DNA of 64,000 nt, taken from NCBI RefSeq assembly GCF_009914755.1, contig NC_060931.1; one strand, given 5' to 3'. The DNA is from the human T2T-CHM13v2.0 reference genome, Homo sapiens. Each line of letters starts with the position of its first letter. Position 1 is the first letter of the stretch. Below are positions 26,417-40,735 of the stretch, piece by piece. A model generated the notes under the pieces. It saw only the letters and a program-made list of their open reading frames with translations, searched no databases and was not told the origin of the DNA. Position numbers and translations under genes: made by a program.

Positions 26417-27734
26417 CAGAGTTGGTTCTTGATTTTAACATCCCAGTTGGCAAACTCTGCATGTTGATTGTTGAATACTTTTATATTTAATGTTTCTAAA
26501 TTTTGTTTTCTACATGTCTCATTTTTTTCTTTCCTTAACTGCTTTCTTTTGCATTAAGTAAATACATTTTATCTTACATTTTAATATCTATATGGCTTTT
26601 TTCTTTGAGTTATTTAATTACTGTTCAGACTAGGATTTAATACATACATTTTAACTCATCAGAATCTGCTTCAGATTTCTTTTTTTACTAGAAGCATCTA
26701 TTTATTGCACAGTTCCAGGTTCTTTCCAAATAAGCCACAGCCCAGTGCTTTATTCAGACATACGTACTGTCCAGCCAGTTTGGAAGAAGGAAAGAAAAGT
26801 CAGGCACAAATAAAGACACAGAAGTGTTGGGGAAGTGCACTAGAAACCATTTATTTCATTTGAAATGACAGAAGTTTGAGAGGAGGGGGCAAACAAATAA
26901 GATCTAATAAGTTAGCTGGATTTGTCAATGATAACATAGTGATAGTAGCTGATTATAGAGTGTACCGGGTTGGAGAAAGCAGGAAGACATATAATTGCAA
27001 ACATTTGAAGTCTGCAGGGCAGGTGTTGAGTGTGGGAACTGTTTGCTTGAGCATTAGAGATGAAATGTGAGAGAGATACTTCAAAATGAAGCTAAACAGT
27101 TTGATCTAGTACCCAGGTAAAAAATGTATTGGTTTGTTAAAAGAAATCTTCACTTTAACACAAGATAGTGTTTGGTTAAGAAAGTGGGCCACAAATATGA
27201 TAGTCATAACAATTAAGGTTAAAGTTAGAGCTAATTACACAAAGATGTGGCTAGTTGTTGTCACAAAATCAAAACTGAATAGTGTTTAAAATGTGGATGT
27301 TCTCCTGCTGGATATGTGAGATCCAGTGTCTCTTGAGTAGAAGGAACCGAGGAGACTGAAGGTTGGGGTTGACAGAACACATCACCATGGGAGGCATGGC
27401 CATTTAGAACTCCATGTCTAAATAAGCTATATTGCAAAGAACAGTGCCGATCCTAACCCTCGGTGTTGCTTAAATAGATGGAACCCTTCTGCCCTCCGTA
27501 AAGAAAATTGATGAAATAGGTGGGGGAAATAAGTGTTAAAATGCAGCCTGCATTCGAATTCCAATGCCAGGTACCCTGGAGCAAGGCTGTGTCACCTGGA
27601 GAACAGAGCATTATTTCTGGGAATGTCAGTCAGAGGAGACTTTTTTTTCTTTCTCAAAAAGGTAGTTATAGTCCAGCTGGGACCCTAAGGTCATTGGATT
27701 ACAATAATTGTTTTATTTGAATGGCTATGGGTGA

Positions 27735-28135
27735 CACAGGAGGACATTATGCTCAGTGAAAATAAACCAGGCACAGAAAGGCAAATAATGTATGATCTCA
27801 CATATATGAAAGCTAAAATGTTGATCTCATAGAAACAGAGAAGAAAGGTGATCACCAGAGGCTATGGTCGGGGTGGAATGGGTATAGCAAAGATGTTGAT
27901 CAAAGGGTACAGGTTTCAGTTAGGCTGGGGAAAGAAGTTTTAGTGATCTATTGTACTGAATGATGACCAGAGTTCTTAATAATAAATTGTATATTTCAGA
28001 ATTGCTAAAAGAATAGATTGTTAGCAATTTGGTTAGGCGATATATTAATTAGCTTGACTGGATCTTCCTATAAATCAAAATATTACATTGTACCACATAA
28101 ATATACACAATTACCTTTGCCAATTAAAAAAAGAA
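27735..28135 (+). mobile_element. L1MA/MB 3' end
   Basis: gaggacattatgctcagtgaaa...ccaggcacagaaaggcaaata...A-rich end. Confidence 0.75.
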
Positions 28136-31100
28136 AATTATCAGGTGCAAGGCTTCCTACTGCTATAAGAAACTTCAGTATTTACTATGAAAACATTCTT
28201 AAGTCACCAGAGTCACACTGGGAAGACTGACATGACATTCTCATTACTTAGACAGGAGTGTTATTGGGAGAATCCTGTTTTGTTGACAAATACTGAGATC
28301 ATCCAACTCACCAGGCAAAGTTGACTTGTGTAAGTGATCTTCAGATATGAAAAGTGTGGAACCCAGCTGCTCCTCCTCAGATAGGTAAGTTCACTTTTCC
28401 CTTTGGTGGCTCCTTTTTCCACCAATCTCAACATCTGCTCTTATCCTTTTTCTACAGGCGACATGACAATTGTAGGCCTGGAGGGAGATGAGTTGACAAC
28501 ATCCCTTCCCTATAACCACTTGTTGGATCTGATCTCACATACACAGACTCACTCCAAAGACTGACCTGGGTGTCTGCTTCTCAGCTTCATTAACAGTGGG
28601 TGCTCACAAGTCTAGGTGAGTGGTGAATCGAGATAGAATTTTATTAGCTAGTTGTTAGAATTAGCTCCTAATAATTTCAGTCTGTGGTTCATTGAATTCT
28701 AACTATCATAAGAAGGTGTTTCCAGATACAAAATAATTAATCTTATGAAGTAACAAATTTATAGATTTGTAGAAAAACATTTAGATTTTTGGAGATGTTC
28801 TACTTGAATTTGTATACATTTGACTTTTCTCAATATAATAGCTGAACTCTCAATATAATTAGCTGAACTACAACTTTCTGCATTTATGTGAAGTTTTAAT
28901 TTGTAAACACAGAAATCTGAACTAATAAAATTATTTAGTCATACTTCTTGCTTCTTTAAACTTTGAAGATTGCTTTATATAATTCTGATATTTTAGAACT
29001 GTTTCAAATTAGGATGTTAAAAACACAAGATATGTCTAACATTTTACAGTAATAAGATTTTAGCAGATACCCAGATTCTTTTGTTTCATTTCATTATAGT
29101 AATTGCCAATAGAGATTTTTTTCTTGTGATATTAAAACTATCTGAAAATATAATGTTCTGCTGTTTATATAAATTTCTGTTGAGCTAACTACTACCTTGT
29201 ATAAATGGGGAGGAGGTGATACTCAGTGTGCTTTGAAATCTTTTCCTAAAGTAAATTGTTTTAGTATGGTATTGTTTCTAAGTAAACCAAAACTTTAAAA
29301 TACTCTGTGTATTAGTTTGGGTGAGGTTATTTCATGATGAGAACAATGGTATTAAAACAATGGTATTTTCTTATTATAAAACATCCTCTTGGTTTAGTAT
29401 TTCTGCTTATACCTCTGAAGACTACCAACTGCAATGTGTTCAATAAAACACAGTCCAAAATGTGACAAGTAAATTTGGTTTTTAAAAACACAAATAATCA
29501 TTGTCTGTATTCAGCAGGCATATCGTCATCAAGCATGTGTGTTTCTTTAAAGTAGAAAACAGAGAGGATGAAATCAGGATAAGTAAAACACAGAAAGGAA
29601 CAAATGATGATAAAATAAATTTGTGGTCCATGTGGGCATCAAAATATTAAGGAACATACTCAGTGGACAATTGCTATATTTCTGAATATGAATGAATTTG
29701 TCTTAAAATAATTTGTGTTGAAAGCCCCTGTCTTCCATGCATAGTGGAGAGAATGTCTGAGAAGAGGAGGACCTTGACTGCTCCTGAACCGGAGACCTCA
29801 GGTACACAAGGCATGCCCTCCATTTTCCTCCAAATTCTCCAGTTGAATGCAATTGGTATGACTATGATCTTCTCATTACTGTGATGCACAGATATCTGAT
29901 ACTAAAACACCACATAAGCATTTTCACATAAGAATTGTATATTTCGCTGGTATCTTCTAGGTTGTGTTGATTACAAAAACACATTTCCAAACAGGTTTAT
30001 AGGGTTTCCCAAAATTTATAACACAAGATTTGTGGTCAAACATTTTGTGTGTTTTTCTGTCTCCTACTTTTGCTTTTTTATTCTGTTTTCTCCTTTCCTT
30101 GGGAAAGCTGAGAATTAAATGTCTTTAAGTTATAATTTCCTTGTCAGCAGCATTGTGTTCCTAGCTGTTCCTACACTAATTTCAAATTCCAAGAAAAAAT
30201 AGTAGCTGTTTTATCAGTTACTCACTACTGTCTCATGTTTATTATATTTATTCTTCACCATTTATGCATTTCATAAAGGTAATTTCATGGAATTAATCTA
30301 GATGGAAAGGTGTTTTCCTTCCTGCCACTGTCAGCTATGTTTCTCAGGTTGCCAAATATTGCCATTGGGTTAACAAACTCACCCTGGCCTTGTCACCTGA
30401 AAACTTCATTATGACTTATGCTGTCCAAGAACAGCAATAGGTTGTGCAATGCTGTTCATAGAATGTGGGAAAAATTTACAAGCAAAATAATGCCATTAAT
30501 TAATACAATAATAAAGCAAAACACATACATAAAGGCAGAGTACAAAGAACTGTACTAAATAATATGATTTATAAGATGATAAAACTCTAAAATTATATTA
30601 CTATAAATATGAGACAATATATTACTATAAATATGAGAAAATAGATTTTATCAAATTTTATTTTCTCCAAAATATTTTTTATGCATAATAGCACTTAGGA
30701 TATTATAAGTAGCTTCTTACTTTTAACATGTTTTCCTATTACTTTGGATGTCTACATTAAAAAACTTTTGTACCTAGTCTATTTGATGGTGCTATTTTCT
30801 CCACCTTTATCTGTGCTTATGTTCCTGCTTTTGAATTTACAATATTAAGATAGCCTACAGTGAAGCCATAATACTAAGAACGAACTTTAACTGCATTATC
30901 TGAGTGCTCAGGAGCTTCACGCTTAGGCCAACAATCTGGTTGTCACTGCTAATAGTAAATGCTGAGATGTACATTCAGATTTATGTATTTTAAGGCAGCT
31001 GTTAGAGGCAAATTCTCCTTTATACTCTGACCGATATGACTTTCATGTTTTTTTCTATTTTGTTTTTATGATACTAACCATGTTATCTAAATTTCATAAT

Positions 31101-32509
31101 TCTTTCATGGTGGGGTTTCCAGATTCACCAAATAACAATTCAAGTTGTAGTTAAGTTTGAAATTCAGAAAGATGACCGTAACTTTTTAGCATAACTATGA
31201 AATATTTTGCATACTTGAATGTAATAGTTGTATGTGATACTTTGGAGATACATACACCGAAGTAGTTATTCATTTTTTACCTGAAGTTTAAATACTATGT
31301 GTTGTGCTTTATTCTCTGAACTCTAATTCACAGAACCATGGTGCTCTCCTGTCCAGGCTGAACACTAATGCTCTTGAGAGTCACATTGAAGAAAGCCAAC
31401 ATTTTTAAATCTAATGGATACATTCATTTTGTGGTATGTGATGTTTAGAAAGAGGGAGCTAAAGTTAGTGGTCATGAGCTAAATACCCTGTGAGGTAAGA
31501 AATGAAAATATTAACATTATTATCTATGTTCTTTTATGTGATAAATTTTACTATTTTGGGGATATGACTTGTGATAGATGCAGTATATTAGTAAAATAAT
31601 TCATATATAGTTACTAAATGATTACACATATATTAGTGGTTCGTGCCCAAATATTATTTTACTGGTACTGGACTGTGATTCTTAAAATGTGGAAATTATT
31701 GTGCCTTAATACTAATCTTACACTTGTTCCCACATAGCAGTAGAAGTCAACTGTGCTTAGCATGGTTCCATACGTTGGTAGTAATTATCAGTTATTTGGT
31801 TTTTGTATTAAAGATAAATGGATTCCTTCAGTAGATTAAGATGTAGGAAAAGTGTTATAACAATTTAACAAAATATACAATATTTTCTTTATATGTTCAT
31901 ACATATTAGTCAGTTTTAGAGCAATATTCTCCACCATATATGACCTTCTGACTTGAAGCCAAGAACACTAGCAGAATGTCTGCATTGAAAACATAAGTAA
32001 ACATTCTTTCATCTCAGGGAAAGTATCTGAATGCCTATGCACTTTTCCATTATTTATTTATTGGTGTCATCAGCTAAACTGTTCTCAGCATTAAATTGAT
32101 TTATATGGTTGAAATAGTAATGCCTGCATCTAGAAAAATAACATGATAATATCATTGCAAACTTATTCAGTGAAATTTTACAAAGGGTTCTAATGTGAAA
32201 ACATCTTGATTAAACTTCAAAAAAGAATCTTTTCCATAGAAGATCTAAATATTTTTAAAGGCACAGGAGGCTATCCCTCCATTAAAATCTCAAGAATAGC
32301 ATCACCATGTAAATATTTCAATACAACCTCACAGATGTCAAAATGTAAAGAAATATGGTGACTGTCTTTCCAAAAATTGAAAGCTAGATTTTAACAATTT
32401 TCTTGTGAGATGAAAATAGTTTATATAATGGATCTCTCAAATTTAAAGTAAATTAGAAGATGGCCAGAATAATATTTAATAAAAATAGTGAATAAGATCG
32501 GTGATAAAC

Positions 32510-33095
32510 AGACTAATGCTTTTCCAACGGTGTCCACATCCTAATCCCCAGACTGCAGATATATTAGGTCATGCAGCAATGGGAAATAACATTGCAGATA
32601 GAATAAAGGTTATAGTCACTTAACTTTAAAGCAGGGAGGTTATCCTGGATTACTAGGGTGAGCTTAATATAATCACAAGGGTCCTGAAATGCGAAAGAGA
32701 AATAGAGAAGAGAAAGTGTCAGAGTGATGCTGTCTTATTAGTCCATTCAAGATACTATAACAAAATATCATAGACTGAGTAGGTTATAAACAACAGAAAT
32801 TTATTATTCACAGTGCTGGAGGCTGAGAACTTCAAGATCAAAGTACTGGAAGATTTACTGTCTGGTGAGGGCCTGTATCCTAGTTCAGAGATGGCACCTT
32901 CTACATGTGTCCTCACACAACTGGAAGGGCAAGCCAGCTCCCTAGAACCTCTTATAGAAGGGCGCAGATCCCATTTATGAGGGCTTTTGTTGAAAATGTC
33001 CTAACTACTTCCCAAAGGTCCTACCTTCTAATACCATTACACTGGTGGTTTGGTTTTAACATACAAATTTGGAGAAAACAGAAACATGCAGGCTG
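32510..33095. mobile_element. MLT1 (MaLR) LTR pieces, probably two adjacent or nested
   Basis: gtccacatcctaatcccc...ttatcctggatta...aatataatcacaagggtcc, then ttagtccatt...aaacaacagaaatttatt...tcccaaaggtcc. Confidence 0.7.
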
Positions 33096-33625
33096 AAATT
33101 AATGTCATGTTACAAAGACTCACTTGGACATTCTTTGTTTTCAGTTGCATGTTTTGGGGGTTCTTTTACCATTAGCATAAAATTTGCTTCAGCTCAGCCA
33201 TACAAACACTTCTGCATCATATACATGCCTGTCACCATTGTGTGTGCTGAATATTAAACAGTGAAATACAGAACAGTAAAGCAAAGTTTTCTAAAGAGTA
33301 AGGCCAAGAACCGTAGGAGCATAGAAAATGAGTACATTACGTAGACATGATAGTGGATATGCTGGTGTTTTACATACACTACATCATCACTTAATATCAT
33401 GATAGGTTTTAGAAATGTGCAATTTTAAGTGTAAAAGTTTGTTTTATTCCATAGAAACTTAGTACCTGTTGATATCTATTAGCCTATGGTTAAATTGGTT
33501 TCATGATACAGTATATCATTTTGATTAAAGTCAATTTTTATGAACCTAGTGATTACATTAAGTGATCACTTATGTATATGTATACATATGTTAGATATGT
33601 ATGTATATATGTGTGTGTGTACATA

Positions 33626-33758
33626 GGCTGGGCATGGTGGCTACTTTCTGTAATTCTAGCACTTTGGGAGGCCAAGGCAGAAGGATTACTTGAGCCCATG
33701 GACTTGAGACCAGCCTGGGCAACAGAGTAAGATCCTGTCCCTACAAAACAAAACAAAA
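33626..33758 (+). mobile_element. FLAM/Alu monomer
   Basis: ggctgggcatggtggct...cctacaaaacaaaac. Confidence 0.8.
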
Positions 33759-34081
33759 CGATTATGCACAAACACATTATATATATGTTACTTGGCATAA
33801 AATTAATGCTGACTATATATATGTGTAATGCTGACATATACATTTACATATAGTGTCTCTCACACACACTGAAGCATTGTGCAAATAAATACATGTAATG
33901 CCGAAGGAGTATTTTCTAATAATTTATATTACATTGTAAGTCTTAATAATTGGGAGAAATAAACATAATCATAGTTGTGATAATTTTAACTATAGAACAG
34001 CACTGAAGATGTCTAAACTTGTTTTTTCAGATATACAAATATGTTTCCTCTTTGCCACTACAATGTACATATATATCATGT

Positions 34082-34998
34082 ATGTTATTAAAAAGCTGCT
34101 TTGTTTTACAAGTTGCTGTTGGAATCTCAGTCAATACTTTTCTGTTCCTCTTCAGCATCTTCACTCTCCTTCTGTATCACAGACTAAAACCCACTGACTT
34201 GATCATCTGTCCCTTGCCCCTCGTCCACATAGTGAACTTCTTCATTGCACTGTTATTGCAGTCTCCAAATCTGTTTGCATCATTGAACTTCAGAATGACT
34301 TCAAGTGTAAGGCACTTTTCCACCTGAGCAGGGTGTTGTGGGGCCTCTCTATCTGCACCACCTGCCCCCTGAGTGTGTTCCAGGCCACCACCATCAGCCC
34401 CAGCACCTCCTGATTGGCAAGGTTTAAACATAAATCTTCAAATTACATTATCCATGTTTTCTTCTTCTTATGGTTCCTCAACTTGTCTTTCAGTAGTAAC
34501 AGGATCTTCTACACTGTAGCTGCTTCCAGTGTGAGCCAGACAAATGTACTGAATATAGGTAAGTACTGCTCAGTTTTCTCCATGAGCTTCATCCTCAGGG
34601 CCACGTTTCTTATTCTGACAACACTTAGGGATGCTTTCCTGGTAGGAATACTGCTGTTCTTAATTGCATACATGGTGACTCTCTTATTCAGGCCTCAGAG
34701 GTGATCCCACCACCTTCACAGCAATGGTCCTTCCCCAGGAGCTTCCCCTGAGAAACGGGCCATCCAGACCATACTGCTGCTGGTAAGTTTCTCTGTGGTC
34801 CTCTGTTGGGTGGATTTCATCATCTCCTTCTCCTCAGCAATGTTGTGGGCATATGGCCCAATCAACCAGCAAGTTCAGAGTCTTGTAGTCAATGTCTATG
34901 CCGTGATCAGTCCTCTGGTGCTCCTCACTTCAGATAAAAGAAGAACCAATATTCTGAAAAATACACAACAGAAGTGTCATAGATTTAATATCAATTAA
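34082..34998 (+). pseudogene. VN1R pseudogene (spacer)
   Basis: VAVGISVNTFL, HRLKPTDLIIC, GLSICTTC, ARFKHK, GKYCS, ASPEKRAIQTILLLV, YAVISPLVLLTSDKR. Frameshift near 34290 and in-frame TGA stops. Confidence 0.93.
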
Positions 34999-35267
34999 TA
35001 ATAAAAATAATTCTTGGAAAAATGAGTTCTTCTGCCATCAGTTAAATCATTCCAGTAGCAGATAACTTACTTTAATTAATTAAAATATGTAAAAGTATAC
35101 TTTTATTATATCTAAATAATTTTGAAACTGATGCTGCCAAGAACTTGGGTGATTTTTTAAGTTTGATGTGTATGTTGACTGAAGTCCCATATGTCTTAGA
35201 AGTTTCTTACATTTCATTTTGATTTTGTAAAGTTTATACAAGGAAACTTTTCTGTCTTCTTGAGTTA

Positions 35268-35607
<340 letters not shown>

Positions 35608-36053
35608 TTATAAAAGTGTTTTACTTTATAAATTTGTTTAGGCTACCCTCATTCATAAAAGATATTTTAGCCAGGTATCCAGTATAAGAACAATAATAAT
35701 TTTTCTCGGCACTACTTCTCTGCTCTCTGACTCTACACAGGCTTTGGACATTTTGCTCTTATATTTATAGGTGGTTTCACTTTTCTTTCTCACACTTCTT
35801 TTAGTTTTCTGCTTATCTTTAGTATTTTATAGTTTGTTACATTGAGTTGTATTTTTATATCTTTTTGGTATAGTACAATTACACATTTAAATATTTGTAT
35901 ATCTGATTTACAACTTTAGAAATTAGTAAATTGTTTTACTACTGTGATTCATTATTTTATGTATTCTAGTGAATTGTTTTTATTCTATTTCAATACACAT
36001 AATTATACTCATATTTTTATTTATTTTTATTTTTATTTTTGAGATTTACTGAC

Positions 36054-36808
36054 TTTTTTTTATTATTATACTTTAAGTTTTAGGGTACATGTGCACAGTG
36101 TGCAGGTTAGTTACATATGTATACATGTGCCATGCTGGTGTGCTGCACCCATTAACTCGTCATTCAGCATTAGGTATATCTCCTAATGCTATCCCTCCCC
36201 CCTCCCCCCACCCCACAACAGTCCCCAGAGTGTGATGTTCCCCTTCCTGTGTCCATGTGTTCTCATTGTTCAATTCCCACCTATGAGTGAGAACATGCGG
36301 TGTTTGGTTTTTTGTCCTTGCGATAGTTTACTGAGGATGATGATTTCCAATTTCATCCATGTCCCTACAAAGGACATGAACTCATCATTTTTTATGGCTG
36401 CATAGTATTCCATGGTGTATATGTGCCACATTTTCTTAATCCAGTCTATCATTGTTGGACATTTGGATTGGTTCCAAGTCTTTGCTATTGTGAATAGTGC
36501 CGCAATAAACATATGTGTGCATGTGTCTTTGTAGCAGCATGATTTATAGTCCTTTGGGTATATACCCAGTAATGGGATGGCTGGGTCAAATGGTATTTCT
36601 AGTTCTAGATCCCTGAGGAATCGCCACACTGACTTCCACAATGGTTGAACTAGTTTACAGTCCCACCAACAGTGTAAAAGTGTTCCTATTTCTCCACATC
36701 CTCTCCAGCACCTGTTGTTTCCTGACTTTTTAATGATTGCCATTCTAACTGGTGTGAGATGGTATCTCATTGTGGTTTTGATTTGCATTTCTCTGATGGC
36801 CAGTGATG
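36054..36808 (-). mobile_element. Young 5'-truncated L1PA (about L1PA2-3)
   Basis: Intact ORF2 C-terminus ([13 protein letters not shown]...[10 protein letters not shown]), 3'UTR with GAG (non-Ta) diagnostic, and TSD aattatactcatatttttatt at 36001-36021 and 36809-36829. Confidence 0.96.
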
Positions 36809-38224
36809 AATTATACTCATATTTTTATTACCTTTTGTTTATCTGGTGATATTTATTCTTCTAAATATTATAATTCACTATTATTTTTGTCAGTTCAGCC
36901 TAATGCCAAACACTGTGCATTGAATTTATTTATTTTTCAATTGTTCAACTTCTTTGTGGTTCTTTTCCAAATATGCTTGTTAAGTTTATAGTTTCTTGCT
37001 TTGCCAAAATATTTTCATTTTCTATTTTTTACCATTTACTTCACTTAAGCATTTTAAACACATTTTCAATATCTGAATTTTATGTGATGTCTAGTTTCTT
37101 CTAATTCTTCATCTTGGTAGCTTCTTTTGTACTTCATAGTATGTGAGAAATTATAATTTAAAAATAATTTTGGTTTTGTATTTGAGAGATTTTGTACAAA
37201 ATAACTTTAGTCAGTACTTTTTTTGTTGTTTATTCCAAGAAGGTAGTTGAATAATCCCCAAAGCCTGAGGTCCCTGTGATCATCCAGTACCTGGAGGCGG
37301 CACTGGCTTCTCACTTTGATTACTCCTCTGGGTTGTTCTTTTAATTTACTTCTTGTCCTGGAAGGTTCCATGTTTTCTATTAGCTTTGGTGGGTATTTTA
37401 TGAATTCTTGTAACTTCTGAGTATTTTCAGATGTCTGCATCAAATGAGATTTGTAAATACATTTTTGTTCTAAAACATCAAATATTCACCATGCATCTGT
37501 AAGTAAAATATTTCACATTGATATTTGTTGCAGAATAATGTCTCATTGGAAATCTCAACATTCTTCATTTAGAACACCACCGCCAATATCTACCATATGC
37601 CGGGATTATTGTGCAGGGTAATTTTTATTATTACTTGAATGTATATTTATATACTGCAGGAACTATACATGTTTATGGCTAGAATTACTGTTTTTCCTTA
37701 ATATTAAGATAGTATTGGTAGATTTAATTATCTGAATTTAGTCATTTGGCTCCAGTCAAAATGGTTTCTCCTTAGCAGTACTCTGACTTTGTAAAAGTAA
37801 TCACATTTGGATTCTGTTTCCTCCAGTAGTTTTTAAAATGATTTTTTTGATTATTCATATAACTTTTTTTTAATGATCTTTTAAAAACTAGTATGTGGTT
37901 ATATATTACTTGTTACACTTTTTGTTTTCTTTATTTTTTGGTTGGTTACACCTTAAATGATTATTTCTATTGCCTTTTAATGTTACTTAGAAAATATCAC
38001 ATGTAAGACTTTTGCTTTTATAAAGTTAGTAATACATTTTCAAGCCTAAACTCTTGAAATTTTAATAATTTCTATGATATTTGAAAATTATTTTTATCTT
38101 CTTTTGAGTGCTAAAAGATAATATTTGTCTACCTGATTAACTAGCACAACTTTTAAAAAGTTATTTAGCACTCTTTATATTCATTCATTTGTTTTCTACG
38201 AGAAAACTTCTTTCTCTGATATTT

Positions 38225-38500
38225 GTGTGTTTGTTTTAGAGATGGGATCTCACCCTGTCACCCAGGCTGGAGTGCAATGGTATGGTCATGGCTCACTATA
38301 ACCTCAAACACCTGGGTTTAAGCAGTCCTCCCATCTCAAACTCCCAAGTAGCAAGGACGACAGGTGCATGCCACCATGTCTGGCTAATTTTTAATTTGTA
38401 GACATTGCCCAGCCTGGTTTCAAACTCCAGGCCTCAAGTTATCCTCCCACCTTGGTTTCCCAAACTGTTGGATTATAAGTATGAGCCACTGTGCCTGGCC
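38225..38500 (-). mobile_element. AluJ-like
   Basis: Diverged reverse Alu. Confidence 0.85.
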
Positions 38501-38663
38501 TCTAGAATGATTTTAATGTCACCTAATATTTTTATAAAGGTATAAATTCCTCACTTACATGAAAATTTGGGTTACACATTAAACTCTTTGTTATTAAATA
38601 TATACATACAAATGGCTTGGAATTGTGCCTAAAACATCATATATCCTAAGTATTAACAACTCT

Positions 38664-38946
38664 GGAGCTCAGTACAATGGCTCACACCTGTAATTCCAAA
38701 CACTTTGAGATGCTGCTGTGGGACTGCCCACAGGAGTTCAAGACAAGGCTGGAAAACATAGTGAGACCCCATCTCTAGAAAAAAATTTAAAAATTAGCCT
38801 GGCATGGTGACAAGTGCCTGTAGCCCCAAGCTACTCAGGAGGGTGAGGTGGGAAGATCACCTGAGCTCAGAAGTTTGAGGTTGCAGTGAGCTATAATTGT
38901 GCCACTGCACTCCAGTCTGAGCAACAGAGACCCTGTCTCTAAAAAA
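38664..38946 (+). mobile_element. AluJ-like
   Basis: Diverged forward Alu. Confidence 0.85.
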
Positions 38947-38962
38947 TTTTAAAACAACTCTA

Positions 38963-39211
38963 GGCCGTGTGTGTTGGCTCATGCCTGTAATCCCAGCACT
39001 TTGGGAGGCTGAGGTGGGCGGATCACAAGGTCAACAGTTCAAGACCAGCCTGGCCTACATAGTGAAACCCTGTCTCTACTAAAAATACAAAAAATTGGCC
39101 AGGCAAGGTGGTGGGCACCTGTAATCCTAGCTACTCAGCAGGCTGAGGCAGGAGAATCGCTTGAACCCGGGAGGTGGATGTTGCAGTGAGCCAAGATCAC
39201 GCCACTGTACT
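38963..39211 (+). mobile_element. AluS-like lacking 3' end and A-tail
   Basis: Ends at gccactgtact, directly followed by TSD aaacaactct. Confidence 0.88.
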
Positions 39212-40352
39212 AAACAACTCTGATATATTAGGTTTTTATCTTTTCATGCCATTCTTAATTTACCATGTCATTTTGTATATGTTTTTCTTGAAATTTATAT
39301 TCCTGTCCCGTCTAAATATTGATTAAAAGAGAGGTAGGCACAAACTTTTATTTTGGTTACATTTTGCAAAGTTCTCTAATTTACTTTAGATGATGGGTCC
39401 CATCTACTTCATGAACATATGTGAGTATTAAGTACAACAAGTACAATAATCTCCTCCCTACAACAGAGGACCCTGAGACACTAGGGAAACATGGATTGCC
39501 AAAATCTTTGTCTTTCCACATTATTCTTCCCTTTACTTTTTATTGCAATGAAAATATAAAAAGATAGTATGCTACAAATTAGAAATTGATTAGTGGATAA
39601 TATGCATACGTTATTACAGTAAGTTCAAGAATAAGTAGAATATATGAATAGAACCAAAACAATTAGAGATTAAACTTTTTCTATGAAGAAAAGCTCAGTA
39701 GATAGTTTCACTTGTAAATTTGACCAAATATTTAATAATGAGTTAAAACCAGGTCTTTTAGTTGACTGCCCCACAAAAAAACAAAACAAAACAAAACTGA
39801 ATAACAGAAGAAACTTACCAATTCATTCCATGAGGCCAGTATTGCCCAGACAAAAGTCAGGAAAAATCACTACGAGACTATAGACTATTATCCCTTATCC
39901 ATATTGACACAGAAATCCACAAAAATAATAACAAAATAAATGTAGCCACAAATGAAAATTATTGGACACCATTACCAAGAGGGGTATCTCACAATACAAA
40001 TTTAACATTCAAAAATCAGTCAATATAATACAGCTTAATAAAACAATAAAATATCAAAATGATCATTCTGAAAAACACAGAACATTTGACAAATCTAGAC
40101 CCGTTTATGAAAAAACCCTAACTAGACTAGAAACACAAGCAAAATTTTTACACCTGCTATAAGACATCTATTAAAAACCTACAGCTAATATCATGCATAA
40201 TGTTGAAATCTTGGGTTTGAGAACGTTAGTTTGGAAACAAGACAAGAATATATTTTTACCACTTCTATTTTAACAGTATACTGGAGATTTTGGCCAGAAA
40301 TATCATGGAACAAAAATAAATTCATGACCTTCAGATAAAGATCGGAAGCCTA

Positions 40353-40735
<383 letters not shown>

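Noticed and set aside
30592-30810. Special structure at the palindrome centre (~30803)
   Set aside because: Only AT-rich sequence and a 24-bp local duplication; there is no symmetry inside the spacer.
36270-36788. 172-aa ORF
   Set aside because: C-terminus of L1 ORF2p in a 5'-truncated element, not a gene.
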